NCBI GenBank assembly: GCA_009103225.1 | Contig: RHPI01001052.1 | Span: 124,001 to 188,000 of the forward strand | Source: Chlorokybus atmophyticus | Taxonomy: Eukaryota > Plantae > Mesostigma and Chlorokybus algae | DNA: 64,000 nucleotides | Direction of reading: 5' to 3' | The notes under the pieces: generated by a model | Databases searched by the model: none | What the model was told of the DNA's origin: nothing | The model's input: only the letters and a program-made list of their open reading frames with translations | Part shown: positions 1 to 12,412 of the stretch, one piece after another | Numbering within the stretch: position 1 is the stretch's first letter | Layout: each line of letters starts with the position of its first letter | Made by a program: the position numbers and the translations under genes

Positions 1-289
1 TGACACTTATTGTCATGGTGCAGTGTAAGCATGACGCAGGGTTGCAAGCTCCTGCATTGTGTGCGCTTGGTGTGTGTGTGTGCTTGGACATCTGCACGTA
101 CGGTTGCCGTCCTCAGTCTATAGGATGTACCTGAGCAGGACCTTCTGTATTGGGTCTCCTGCAGCATGGATCAATGCAGGACGCCCATTGCATGGACATG
201 TACTGTCTGTAGTGCGTGCAAGCCAGTTGCACAGTCTGCTTGGTATTGTCGTCCAATTGTTGGCATCTGTTTCAGACTGTGTTGCAGTG

Positions 290-912
290 ATGGCGACGCC
301 TGCCAGTGCTCCGGCTGGCAATGCTGCAACCAGCGGTGTGATGGAGACCCGTCTTCGGTCCTTCCAGCGCAACCAAGTGTGGAAGATTGCCCCTCCAGAG
401 ATCGCTCCACCAGACCGTGGCCTCAGCCAAGGGTGCATCATGAGCAACAAGTTCCACGCTCCCGGCGGGCCGTGGCGCCTCGCACTCAAGCTCATTAGCC
501 AAGCAATAACGCAGCTTAGTGGGCAATATTCTGTATATCCTCCAACTGATAATGCTGCAATGTGGTGGGCCACGGCGACACTGCAGCTGTTGCGGGTGGG
601 TGATGAGCCCAACCCATGGCGGTCCGTTATGGTGTCTCCATCAGGGTACCCGCTGGGAACGATGTGCGGTTCGCTTACTTTAAAAAAGTCCCTTATGGGC
701 CAAAGGCAGACTCTGGATTCACTCTCTTCGATAACGTAGAGATGAAGTACTGCCCGTTGAAGCAGCTGCAGGCTGCAATGATGGTGATCAAACCCGCATC
801 CGGCGGTGGAGATCAAGGCGTCTCACTCGACCTGGGCCATGGCGACTGGTTTGGCAGGAATGAGATAGAAATCCAGGTGGACATGACCAGTCTCTGCGCC
901 GATTCTGACTAA
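290..912 (+). pseudogene. MATH/TRAF-like domain protein, frameshifted (copy 1)
   Basis: ATG at 290 follows a gcag acceptor. It reads MATPASAP...QVWKI...SNKFHAPGGPWRLALKL (MATH-like WKI...S.xF..GG.W.L pattern) and continues in another frame from ~616 (AVRYGVSIRVPAG...EIQVDMTSLCADSD*). Comparison with the paralog at 23.3-23.8 kb shows a 4-nt deletion near 615. The MATH assignment is pattern recognition only. Confidence 0.45.
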
Positions 913-1992
913 AGGCAAGTGATGGTTACCACTGACCGGTTCATCCACTTAGCGGAGGGGCGAGCGCAGGCACATAGTTCATGCGTCTGTCTTTTCTTCT
1001 GTAGTAGAACACGCACGCCATTATCCAATTGGCTTGTTTGGTTTGTTATGCAATGTCGAACAGTGCAGTCACAGGAATTGCAATTGTCATGCACCAGAGC
1101 ATGCACCCATAGGCTGCAAGCCTGGAAGGCACCTTGCTATGTCACTTGGGCTGCCAAACATTCTCAAACTTGCAGTTTGTGTTCAGATATGGCCAAGACT
1201 TTAGAGGGACACATGCTGACGTTGGCACTACGCGAGAAGGGTTTGGGTAGTGAGAGACGCAGCAGCGGAAACTACGTGGCAGAGTGGGTGGCGGGGGGAG
1301 AGGGAGAGCAGGCGGAAGGGAGGGAGTCGTCATGCTGTGCTTCTGCTACGGCTGCCTTTGCCAACATTAACCGACAGAGCCCGTGTGGGCAGGTAATGCA
1401 CTACTACTACGTATGTATGCATGCGTAACGGGGAGGTCTAAACTAGTGTAGTGTAGTGAGGAACAAACAGTGTGTATAGCCCGGAGGGTTGTGTTGTAAT
1501 GTGCTTGCACATTGCTGTTTGGCATGCTCTGAGTGAGGTCATGTATGTCTCCAACTACTGCCAGCATATCCTGTACACCTACAACTCACACTGTCACAGA
1601 GCTCTGCACCGTGACAATGTACATCAGTAACAGGAGGGAGGAGTTGCTGCTACAATCCTAGCTGATATGCATGCATCAAGTTTGTGCTGGCACATCAGTC
1701 TGCAAGCAGCTTGCAACGAGTGTGCATGCAGACACTGCCTGCATTCATGATGTGCGAACCAAGACAGTTCTGGAAGTTGCTTTGCATTGACTGATCATGC
1801 AATGCGACCAAGGGCAAATCTAGTTGATCGAGCGTCAGTCTACTCCAACACCTGACAACGCAACCCTACTGCTACAGCAATACACAGACAACCACTAAGC
1901 CACATCATTATTCACAAGACGCAATCTGGCCGGGCAGCAACATGACAGCAACATGCTGGTCTGGACGTTGGTACATGGCGGATGCGCGGCAC

Positions 1993-4748
1993 TCACACGT
2001 CCGAGACAACATCCACGGCCTGCGATAAGCCCGATACCCCGTGCAGCAGCTTTTTCCGGCTGTTAGCAGCGACGGCGGCAAGGTCCAACACGGCAGCTTT
2101 GCTGTCCAGCAACTTGACCACATCCGACTCCAGTAGCCCAGAAAGGCGCTCCGTGTTCTGCTCCAGGTCCTGTATGCATGGCACAGTTCAACCATCCCCC
2201 GCATTGCGTCCCAGGCCCTCAATTGCTGTTGCCTTTCGTGAGCAACACCAACAGACTGATACCTGTTGCAAAAAGCAGAAGAGGTTCTTCTCTGGGCTTT
2301 CCTCCTCCATGGAGTATGCAAGAACGTAGGTCCATTGCAGCACTTGGCGGCACTGCATGGCAAATGCACAGATCAGGCTCACAACGGACATTAACACGAT
2401 GCCTGCAAACCCATACCAGGCTCACCCCTTACCTTGATCAGCTCATCTGTCGATTCGCCGACAAACTACAGGCAAAGGCAAACACGTGAGCAGGCATGTT
2501 GCACTCATAACAATTCAACCAGCAGCATGCAGAAGTGGTACAGCATTCATACAGCATAATCTCCACCTGAACGTCGCCCCAGGTGAGGGTGGCTGTCGAC
2601 TTTTGTAGCTCCGCCATTTTGACCTCTGCGTTCTGTCTGGTCTTGCTGTCAAGTTTCTTTGAGTTTTCATGATTGATATACCGATGATAGTAGAAGAGGT
2701 AGCGATCCAAAGCAGCTCGGCTCTTCTCCTTTTTCTCTTTGCTCACATTCTTATCAGGGTCGTAGCGATTGCTGAGCAACATCCAAAGGATAGGTCAATT
2801 CAAAGCATGTCAAATGTGGCGCCACATGGAATGCAAAATAACTCAAGCTTACCAGGAGTAGTAGTCTGTATGTGACTGCCAGGTCTCCAAGCAAACCCAG
2901 CAAAACTCATGCTTACTGCAAGACAACAAGTGATTAACAAACAAGGAGCACATGGCCACGAAGCCATCACATCTTACCATTTCCTACAAGTCATGTGGTT
3001 GCAGCCTGCCAAACAAGCAATGACGTGAGGTCACGGACATGGCTGCACGTTTGAAAGCTGTACAAGCACTACTTTTGCAAAAATGACCTCAAATGAGCCA
3101 GCAGGCATGGTTTCTGTCACCATGCCAACAATCCAAACATACCTCCGTTTTTCTCAATGGTTGAGTGGCATTTTGGGCAGTCCTGCGTATTTGCTGATAT
3201 CCAATTGTATGTCTCACTGCATAAGCGCACAATGCACATCAGCAGCGCTATTTCCAGACCTGAGCAGCACTTGCCAAGTATATACCTGTCATCGTCGCAC
3301 TTCTTCAGCCAGGACTTGACCACTTCACAACCAGCTGGGGCATGGTTCTCCATTCGACATCGCGAGCAGAATTCTGAAGAAAGCAACAACCCTCAGATTT
3401 GCTAACCCATGTTATCCATAGCAGTGATGTGTCCATGTACGAGATGGTTTCTTGCCAGTGGGATTCCCATTGAGATGAGGTTGCATTGGCAAGAAACCAG
3501 CATTACCGTGGTTGCGTCTACAGGTGACAAACTGGCTACTTGAATGGGTTGTATCCACCGACAGCCCGCAGTCAGGTGCTGGGCACCACACCACACCAAC
3601 AGAATCGTCCACAAACGAATTCAGAAGAAAGTCCTTGTACTGCATACCACCATACATGAGGCACAGCTATTGATTCGAGCACACAGAAGTGACAGGCCAG
3701 GCATTGCAGCAAGTACAGCGGCCGTTGACCGACCTTTGCAGCAATGGATTGTGAGCATACTGCCAAGACCAAGTCCTCAGTGACCAACAGACTGCACTTG
3801 TAAGCCGGGCATCGAATCTGTGTGTCGCCCTCTTCTATCCTGATTGAAAGGTAACGCCGCCAGCAATCATTGCAGTAGCGATGGCCGCAAGGCAAGGCCG
3901 TTGTGTTAAGCAAACCTTCGTTCCTGCATTCATGTGTGGTCAGCACAACCTAGTTGAAGCCTCCATTGACCTCAAATGATGACCCAGGCTTTGCAAATTG
4001 CAGACAACTTCACCTGCAAATAGAACATTCAAACTGGTCTTGAAATGTTGATGATAAGGTGTCACTATGGCCAATGCCTGCAACACCAGCAGCAGCGCAG
4101 ACTGTCTCTGGATCATCAAGATAGCGGCTGATTAGGTCTTCTTTGTTCCACTTGTACTTGCGAAGCAATAGCAAAGCAGCGGCATCACTGACGCCAAGCA
4201 TCTCATGGACCTGCACCAGCAACATAAAAGCACTCAAATGGCTGATCAGCGCAGCCAATGTGTGATTGAATAGCATGATGGACGCAACAACCAACTCATC
4301 TGCTTGCATGCAATGGAAGGATAATGAGAACCGCACATACCTCCGTCACAAGTGCTGCCTGTTGTTGCCGACGTCCTTCAGCGTCCATAGAGGCAACTGC
4401 AATTTCAGTTTTGGGTTGGGATGTGCGCTTCTCTTGCTCGGGCTCACTGTACACCGCATCCTCTTCATCCTCATAATAGTCATCAGAGTCTGCGAAGCCA
4501 TTGTCGCTCACATCGCTGGCGGTGCTCAAGCGATCGTCCTCCTGCTCTGGTATAACCTCCACGACTTTGGGGGGCGGCGGGGGCGGCATAGTGGGCTTTT
4601 GCTCCGCTTTGTCAGCTTTATTCTTGCTCTTGTCAACCTCAATCACATGCCTGTTGCTCTCAACCACTGGCACCTGTGGCACTAAAGCTGGGGTCGCCAC
4701 AGGTGACGTTGCAGGGCCTGTTGAATATGCGCGTCCGCTGCGAAGCAT
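1993..4748 (-). CDS. ARI: ARIADNE-family RBR E3 ubiquitin ligase (multi-exon)
   Basis: Acidic N-terminus ([17 protein letters not shown]), UBA-like segment ([17 protein letters not shown]), RING1 (FECSIC...[16 protein letters not shown]...RCPAYKC), IBR (WCPAPDC...[15 protein letters not shown]), RING2 ([21 protein letters not shown]) and Ariadne domain ([20 protein letters not shown]; [13 protein letters not shown]; [14 protein letters not shown]), split by GT-AG introns. The 3' end is uncertain because GTGAGT overlaps the stop at 1993. Confidence 0.92.
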
Positions 4749-4869
4749 ACGACTGCTTGGGGCTGAAATGGCGGCAATCGACACAGCCAGTAAGTCACAG
4801 AAAACTGAGCAAACATGTCTAAAGCGCACAGCAATTACATCATGCTACCCCAACTTGGCTTGCCAAGTG

Positions 4870-5622
4870 TTAACCATGCAAATTTACAAAGAGATTGCAA
4901 GCAGAAGCTGTCATGTTCACAAACAAATCAAGCAGTTGAAATGACAGTATGTGGCAACATTCAGCAGCACACGCCCCAGCGTGCCATGCGTAGGAGTGCA
5001 GGAACCAGTGGTCATGCTGCAGAGTTGACTCGGCTCCGCATAAGCACCAGAATGTCACGTGTGAAGCAATTGTGGCAGATGTCTTGCACTCACCTTCTCT
5101 GACAGGGGCTGTGGCTGTGGATGACGTGCGCTTGGAACGGGGAGGATTAGGCTGCTGTCCTGCGGGGTGCGCGGCGGACGCTAAAGGCGAAGCGGATCCA
5201 CTAGCTACTGTTGCTACTCTCTTCGCACCTCCTATGCTCGCTGTTGATCCACGGCTTCGCTTCGCAGCCCGGGGCATGTCGCCGCTCGTGCATGGGGGCA
5301 GCGTCAAGCTGGAGCCGCTACGGCGCTTCTTGTTTGTAACATACAGCAGTGCCACCAGCAAGCAAAGCGGCAGCACCAGCAGCACAGCGGCTACAACTGT
5401 CGCCGAAAGCCGCAGCCCATCTGGCGCACTGGCCAATCCCAGTCCAGCTGCGTCCTGCACGTCCAGCGCAGCTCCCAGATCGACTTCTTCTCCCCAAGCA
5501 CCTCCCTCCTGCCCCTCCCACGCCTCCGCCGCCGCCCACACCACCGCCAAAGTCGCCAACAACAACCACATGGGTGGCAAGACTGCTGTTAGTGCGCGTC
5601 CAACATTACTTCTAACCAGCAA
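4870..5622 (-). CDS. hypothetical single-pass membrane protein
   Basis: ORF with a signal-peptide-like MWLLLATLAVVWAAAEA, a hydrophobic helix TVVAAVLLVLPLCLLVALLYV followed by KKRR, then a Ser/Ala-rich tail. It is head-to-head with PAI. The true 3' end and any splicing are unresolved. Confidence 0.35.
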   Translation of the reverse strand: MLVRSNVGRALTAVLPPMWLLLATLAVVWAAAEAWEGQEGGAWGEEVDLGAALDVQDAAGLGLASAPDGLRLSATVVAAVLLVLPLCLLVALLYVTNKKRRSGSSLTLPPCTSGDMPRAAKRSRGSTASIGGAKRVATVASGSASPLASAAHPAGQQPNPPRSKRTSSTATAPVREGECKTSATIASHVTFWCLCGAESTLQHDHWFLHSYAWHAGACAAECCHILSFQLLDLFVNMTASACNLFVNLHG

Positions 5623-5759
5623 ATCTGGTTAAAGTAGTAGGTTTTTAACCAGGTTGACGGTTGCCTTAACCAAGACGGGCCAGCCACGCGTGACGAACTC
5701 ACAACAACGGCTTGGTGACTTCGCTAAACATCACGCAGTTTGGTCACAGTAGCCTCCCC

Positions 5760-5768
5760 AAACCCTAG
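5760..5768 (+). promoter_or_regulatory. telo-box-like motif AAACCCTAG upstream of PAI ATG
   Basis: Motif seen directly, ~30 nt before the PAI start, in a short divergent intergenic spacer. Function is inferred from plant telo-boxes. Confidence 0.3.
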
Positions 5769-5796
5769 CCATAGAGTGAGGCTCAGTGTTTGCAGC

Positions 5797-7052
5797 ATGG
5801 CTGTGGTGCAGGGCGTTGTCGCCGCCGGCGGCGGTGGCGTTGTGCTGCCCGTCAAGGGCGCCATTCTTCTGCGTAGAGCTTGTATCAAACAATGCTTCAA
5901 CAGGTCCTTTCGGAGAACGTCGCGTGCAACTGCAGCTGGAGGCGGCAGCGTCGCAGCCCTGCCGCAAGGTGCCCGCAAGGTGCCCAAGGTAAAAGTGTGC
6001 GGTATCACTACGCCTGAAGATGCCAAGCTGGCAGCTGGAGCTGGAGCGGACTTCATCGGCATGATCATGTGGCCTGGTACGAGTCAACCAAGCTAGTGCA
6101 GCTCTCTTCAGGCGTTATGCTTGTTTACATTCCTGCATGCCGCTGAGCAGGCAGCACATGGAGACTCTAGGCAGTGGTCAGCTCTATTTGCGACCTCCTC
6201 TACGTGGAGATGTGCATGCAGTCACTTTAACAAAGATTGAGTTCAGGGTTAGGAAGTCAAGTCTGTCATGCAAACTGGGTGGTTACAGGCGGTAGTGTTC
6301 AGGGTCCAAGCGCTATGTTAGCGTAGACGTGGGATCAGAGATTGCTGCAGCGGCGCGCAAACATGGAGCCACCCCTGTCGCGGTCTTTGTGGATGGCACT
6401 GCGGACACAATTGCTGGAACATGCGCAGCTATGGATGTCGGCATTGCACAGGTAAGGTTGATTTCGAGGTTTAAACAGCACTGACACCGAGATCAAGTGT
6501 TGCGTAATCACAGTGCGTTGCATGCAGCTTCACGGCGACGCAGCCAGGCAGGCTTTGAACAAGCTGCCTGCGTCGCTTGATGTCATCTATGTGTTGAGCG
6601 CCGACAAGAGCGGAAAGCTGCAGACAGAACTGCCAAGCAGAGATGGCGCAAGGGCCATCAATTGGTTGCTGATCGATGGAGTCGTTGCTGGCAGGTAAGT
6701 CTGCGGCGGTACATTGTATGGTTGTGTGCAATGCGAGTTGTGCTGCCTCTGCAACTTTGGCAGATCTTGCAGACAATCTGCATATAGAATCACATGTTGA
6801 ACCCAGATTGTGTGCAGCGGTGAAGCTTACGACTGGCAAAGGCTTAAAGTGCCCCAGGACTTGAGTGCAAATGGCTGGCTTCTTGCAGGCGGGCTTCATC
6901 CAGACAATGTAGCAGATGCTATAGCTGCTGCGCAGCCCGACGTCGTTGATGTGGCCAGCGGTGTTGCTGGCCCTGATGGGGTGCGCAAAAGCATGTGTAG
7001 AGTATTGGCCTTCATGGAGGCAGTGCACGGCAGCTTGAATAGCAACAAGTAG
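5797..7052 (+). CDS. PAI1: phosphoribosylanthranilate isomerase, plastid-targeted (4 exons)
   Basis: KVKVCGITTPEDA...ADFIGMIMWP|GSKRYV...PVAVFVD...Q|LHGD...WLLIDGVVAG|SGEAYDW...WLLAGGLHPDNVADAI...VDVASGV are TrpF motifs. There is an N-terminal transit-peptide-like extension, and the GT-AG introns keep the frame. Confidence 0.96.
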
Positions 7053-7972
7053 AGTGGCTAGTTGTTGCACCCAGACACACTGATGTAAACATCTCGTTTA
7101 TGACACTGAGTTTTATAGGCAACCTGCAAGCATTGCTGCCCATTGTGCAGTCAGCTGTGAAGTGGGCATGGGCGTGGGCGTGGACGTGGCTATGAACACC
7201 CAGCAGCAAAACCCTTGCTACTGTAGTTTGTTGGCAGTATCATCACCTAGGCAACCACCATCATGGTCTGCAACTGTTACTCAGCAGTACACTGCAGTGC
7301 CCATGGGTGCTGCGATGCGTGAGCAAAATCTTGACTGCATTGCAGCCTATGTGTTGGTCGTCCAGTGGGCGCATATGTACAAAAGATTTCATGCCTCATA
7401 TGCTGCATGCATGGGGTGCCATTTACAACAAGCACATGTGCATGAGCATATGCCACGCGCATTGTATGTACATACAACACCACATCTTACATAATCCACC
7501 ACCGGGCTACGCTACTACTACTCTACTCGCCTTCCCCGTGAGTCATACAAGCATGCAAGTGTTCGAGTCATCACCTCCGCCACGGCTGTGGTTAGCCAGC
7601 CTTTGGAGCGTCAACGTCAGCAGCGGACCCAATAGACTTCCCCTGTGTATATGCCATGGCTTCTGACTCGCAACATGCTGTATATGGCTGGTCCGCGTTT
7701 GAGCACAGCTTGGTTGTCCCATTACACGAACCAATGGCTGATCGCAGTGTTGTCAATCAGCTAGTGCTTGCAGCCTGCTGCAAAGACCGCAGCGCTGTTG
7801 ACCTGCGCCAGCATTGCTTAGAACATCATAGCTGCAGTGCAACACTGATGTTGCGCAGCCAGGCATGCCGCATCTCATGTACATGCACAAACCTGGTGCA
7901 CTCACCGCAAGCAAGTGGCAGGCATAATAAAACGAGCTATTCCATGCAAACGTCCGCCATCTCAGCTGTCAG

Positions 7973-8369
7973 CTAGCGGGTTGAGCTACTTCGGTGCCGG
8001 GAGACATCATCATCATAATCACCGCCTCCTGTAGAAAGTCATGCACAGATAGGAGCGCACGCGCAATGCGTGGCGCATCTATACTGAACTTGCTTGAACC
8101 ACAGTCAAGCGGCTTGCGTGTTGGTACAACACACCGCATTGCCCACCTTCACGCCAGTAGTCTGCGGATGTGCGTTCGGCTTGCAAAGCCTTGACCACAT
8201 CCTCATTCGAGCTCATTGGAGCCTGCTCCTTACTGCTCACTGCTGAACCCTTCTCTGTGGCGCCAGCGCTGCTGCTGTTCCACAGTGTCAGCATCAGCAC
8301 GCCAACCCCTGCAGCCCCGGCAGCCGCCTGACCCACAAACTGCCCCCGCGTGTACCGTGAGTACGCCAT
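7973..8369 (-). CDS. small hypothetical protein with one hydrophobic segment (2 exons, ~94 aa)
   Basis: MAYSRYTRGQFVGQAAAGAAGVGVLMLTLW...ADYWREG, then a GT donor. A ttctacag acceptor near 8030 gives the in-frame ending GGDYDDDVSRHRSSSTR*. It is head-to-head with CRNKL1. Confidence 0.4.
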
Positions 8370-8513
8370 GGCTCCCTACACCCACGCCGCTGCCGCCGCC
8401 GACGCTGCAGCAGAGGCCAAGGCATAAGAGTCTCAGACTTGTTCCAAACCCAAACAAAAGGGCCGAACCCGCGACGAGACTGAAGTGTGTTGAGGACGAA
8501 AGTGGATTTGGGA

Positions 8514-8529
8514 TTTAGGGTTAGGGTTT
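8514..8529 (-). promoter_or_regulatory. tandem telo-box/telomere-like motif (TTTAGGGTTAGGGTTT on +)
   Basis: Seen directly in the ~420-bp divergent spacer between the small gene and CRNKL1. Confidence 0.35.
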
Positions 8530-8787
8530 GTTAGCGGCGGCAGAGGCGGCGGTGGCGGTGAGGTCGTCCGGAGGGAGCTGGTCGCAGCTGTTACGGGTGT
8601 TGTGGAGCTGCCGTGTGGCTTACCGCAGTGGGGAGAGGTAGTTTTCTGCCATGAGGCGCCGCAGGTCAGAAAGTTAGAGGAGAAGCAGTGTGGACGACAA
8701 CCAGCACACCAACAAAGACGGTGGACGACAGTTGGTTGAGTAGGTTGGCCTTGAGGGTGATTGCACATACATCTCACTCTTTCAGCC

Positions 8788-11700
8788 ATGGCTTCCTCAA
8801 ACCCCGTGGGCTTTCTGGCCAAGGGCGACACGGAGGTGCGCATGCCCAGGCCCACCCGGGTGAAGAACAAGGCGCCGGCGCCAGTGCAGATTACCGCGGA
8901 ACAGATCTTGCGCGAAGCTGTTGCGTTGCGAGAGGTGAGTCTGTTGTCGCATGCATGTCTTGGCTGTACATGGAGCTGCTCACACAGCAAGGGTTCAACT
9001 TGTTCAACTATTTGCTGAAATTGTTCTTGGGCTGCATATTGATCGAGTTCAGTTGCATGCATAACCTGCTGCTATGGGTGAGAGACTATCACTCTGATGA
9101 TAATGCTAGCTCACATCTTGTCTGCATCAATTCAACAGTTGACGCAAAGACATGTTGTTCAGCGCACTTGAGAGGACATGCTCATTACGTGGTGTTTACT
9201 TGCACATTAGTTTTGCGTCAACGCGTCGTCAAAACACGGCAAAGTTTTGTTTTAGTAGCTCACAGCACGAAAGTTGCATATACTCGACATCTTTGACAGT
9301 TATGTGCGCATGGCATACAACGCTGACAAGTGCTCAAATGTTTACCACACTTCGCAAATGCTACAGTCAATTTGGTGCGTGGTTGGCGCAGATATGTCGA
9401 CGATATGGTGTGTGGCTAACTGCATTGTGATGTGATATCACAGGAAGATCACAAAGCACCCAAGCAGAAGATCAGCGACAAGGATGAGCTTGCTGAGTAC
9501 CGCCTAAGGAAGCGCAAGGAGTTTGAAGACTCCATTCGCCGAGTACGATGGAACATCACCGTGTGGGTGAAATACGCCAGTTGGGAAGAATCGCAGAAGG
9601 ACTTTGCGCGTGCAAGGTGTGCTTTGTGTGCATGGGTTTTTGTCTCTTGTCGCATGGCATCAGCATGATCTGGTATAATAAATTCAGCCTGCGTTCAGGT
9701 CTGTCTGGGAAAGGTCGCTGGAGGTAGATTACCGCAATGTGACCATATGGCTCAAGTACGCCGAGATGGAGATGCGTCATCGCCATGTGAATCATGCGCG
9801 CAATGTGTGGGACCGAGCGGTGACGCTGCTTCCCCGCGTCGACCAGCTGTGGTACAAGTACATACACATGGAGGAGATGCTCGGGAACATTGCCGGCGCG
9901 CGTCAGATATTTGAGCGGTGGATGCAGTGGGAGCCTGACCACAATGGCTGGACAGCGTACATCAAGATGGAAATGCGCTACAATGAGGTGTGTTTAATGA
10001 TGTTAATGGTTGATGAAGGGATGCATGTCTATTGGTGCCAGTCACTTGGTGCACACGAGTAAGTGGTGTTCATAAATGGCAGGTGGAACGAGCCCGCAAC
10101 ATTTTTGAGCGATATGTACTTTGTCATCCCTCAGTGACGGCGTGGGTGAAGTACGCAAAGTTTGAGACAAAGAACAGTGAGCGCGAGAGGGCACGGAAGT
10201 GTTACGAGCGAGCTGTCGAACAGCTTGGCGAGGACGGGCAAACAGAGGAGCTGTTCGTGATGTTTGCTGAGTTTGAAGAGCGGTGTCGAGAAACAGAACG
10301 CGCCCGTGCCATCTACAAGTTCGCCCTCGACCACATTCCCAAGGCGCAGGCACAGAACCTCTATCAGAGATTCGTCACCTTTGAGAAGCAGTTTGGAGAT
10401 CGAGCCGGCATTGAGGACGTTATTGTCAGCAAGCGCCGCTTCCATTATGAGGAGGAGATTAAGCAGAACCCTTCCAACTACGATGTCTGGTTTGACTATG
10501 CTCGCCTGGAGGAGAGCAATGTTGACAAGGATAAGGTACCGTGCCGCTTCTGGATCAAGGCATGCATGTCCACATGCGCTGTGTGGTTGTTGTACCACAT
10601 ATGCAGTGTTACATGCAATGGTGGTCATTAGCTGACACAATCGGTTGCAGGTGCGGGAGGTGTACGAGCGTGCTATCGCCAATATCCCTCCAGCTGATGA
10701 GAAGCGATACTGGCAGCGCTATATATACTTGTGGTACGCTTGGGCATGTGTGCTCGGGCTACTTTGCATGGCAGCATCCATGCTGAAACTGTAATGTCGT
10801 TATGTTTGCAGGATAAATTATGCCTTGTATGAAGAGTTGGAGGCTGCAGACGTAGATCGCACCAGAGATGTATATAGGTCAGTTGCTTGTAATGGCAGCA
10901 GTCTATATGCAGTCAAAGCTGGCATGGCGCTTACATGCACCAATCGCAGGGAAGCCCTAAAGATTATCCCCCACAAGAAGTTTTCCTTTTCCAAGCTTTG
11001 GTTGTTGGCTGCTCAGTTTGAGATACGGCAACTCAACCTGAGTGGCGCGCGACAAATCTTGGGCTCTGCCATTGGCATGGCTCCAAAAGACAAGGTTGGT
11101 GCCTTGCACCCTTGTTTTTACAAACATTGCAGTTGTGTATCTGCTATGACACTTACAACCTGTGCTTGTTGCAGATTTTCAAGTCGTACATAGAGGTTGA
11201 GCTGCAGTTAGGCAACATTGACAGGTGTAGGACGCTATACGAGAAGTACCTGGAGTGGTCTCCATCAAACTGCTTTGCTTGGACAAAGGTGCGTATCTAT
11301 CTGCCAAGGCACGTGTCGCTGGCAGGCATCATGACATTCAGATGTACTAACCTGCGCTGTGTGTGGTTAGTTTGCTGAACTGGAGCGGTCTCTCGGGGAA
11401 GCAGAGCGAGCGCGTGCCATATTTGAGCTGGCGATCAGTCAGCCAGTCTTGGATATGCCGGAGCTGCTCTGGAAGGTATGTGTCTTGTGTCGTGTGGATG
11501 GTCACCGAGTTGCTATCTGGCCAACATGTGCATAACATCGCAGGCCTACATTGATTCTGAGATTGCCAATGGCGAGTACAGCAAGACGAGGGCGTTGTAC
11601 GAGAGGCTATTGGATCGCACGAAGCATGTGAAGGTATGCAGTTGCTATGTGTACAAATGCCATACTGACACGTTCTGAGCTCACCGTTATCTTGCATAGG

Positions 11701-12412
11701 TCTGGATGAGTTTCGCTCAGTTTGAGGCATCTGTGCCTGTACCTGGCGAGCCAAGTAATGAAGAGGATGCCGAGAACGGCGAGCAACCGGTCAGTTTGCT
11801 TGGCCCGCCCATACATGCATGTTTTGTTAAGTGTTGCAGCCATGCACTGACAAGTGTTTGCCTGGCCTATCAGGAAGCTGATGAGATGGAGCTGGAGCTT
11901 GCCAAGCAGAGACGCTCAGAAACAGCGCGAGGTGGGCACATGTTTTTTGCCCTGGCTGTGCATGCCGCCGGTAACAAATGACTTCATTAATCTGATGCTG
12001 ATATCATGGTATAGGTATCTACGAGCGTGGTCTGCGATCGCTACAAGAAACGGCCCCCGACGCTAAGGAAGAAAGGGTGATGCTTCTGGAGGCCTGGAGA
12101 GACTTTGAGGCAGAGCACGGCAACGTGCAGACGCGCGAAGATGTCAACAAGAAGCTGCCAAAGCGGGTGAAGAGGAAGCGTCCGGTCATTTCGGAAGACG
12201 GCATTGCTGCAGGGTAAGTGGTGTTCTTGTAGCTATTGCACAAGACATTGCCTGGCGTGTGCTTTATGCTGACTGTCATTCGCTTTTACAGGTATGAAGA
12301 GTTCTATGACTACATCTTTCCGGAGGAGGCGGGCGCAGCACCCAACCTCAAGATCCTGGAGGCTGCTTATAGATGGAAACGCCAAAAGCAGCAGGAGCAG
12401 AACGGAGATTGA
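8788..12412 (+). CDS. CRNKL1: crooked-neck / Clf1 / Syf3 spliceosomal HAT-repeat protein (multi-exon)
   Basis: [21 protein letters not shown]; [44 protein letters not shown]; [25 protein letters not shown]; [28 protein letters not shown]; YIYLW|INYALYEEL; C-terminal [11 protein letters not shown]...[14 protein letters not shown]. Confidence 0.97.
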
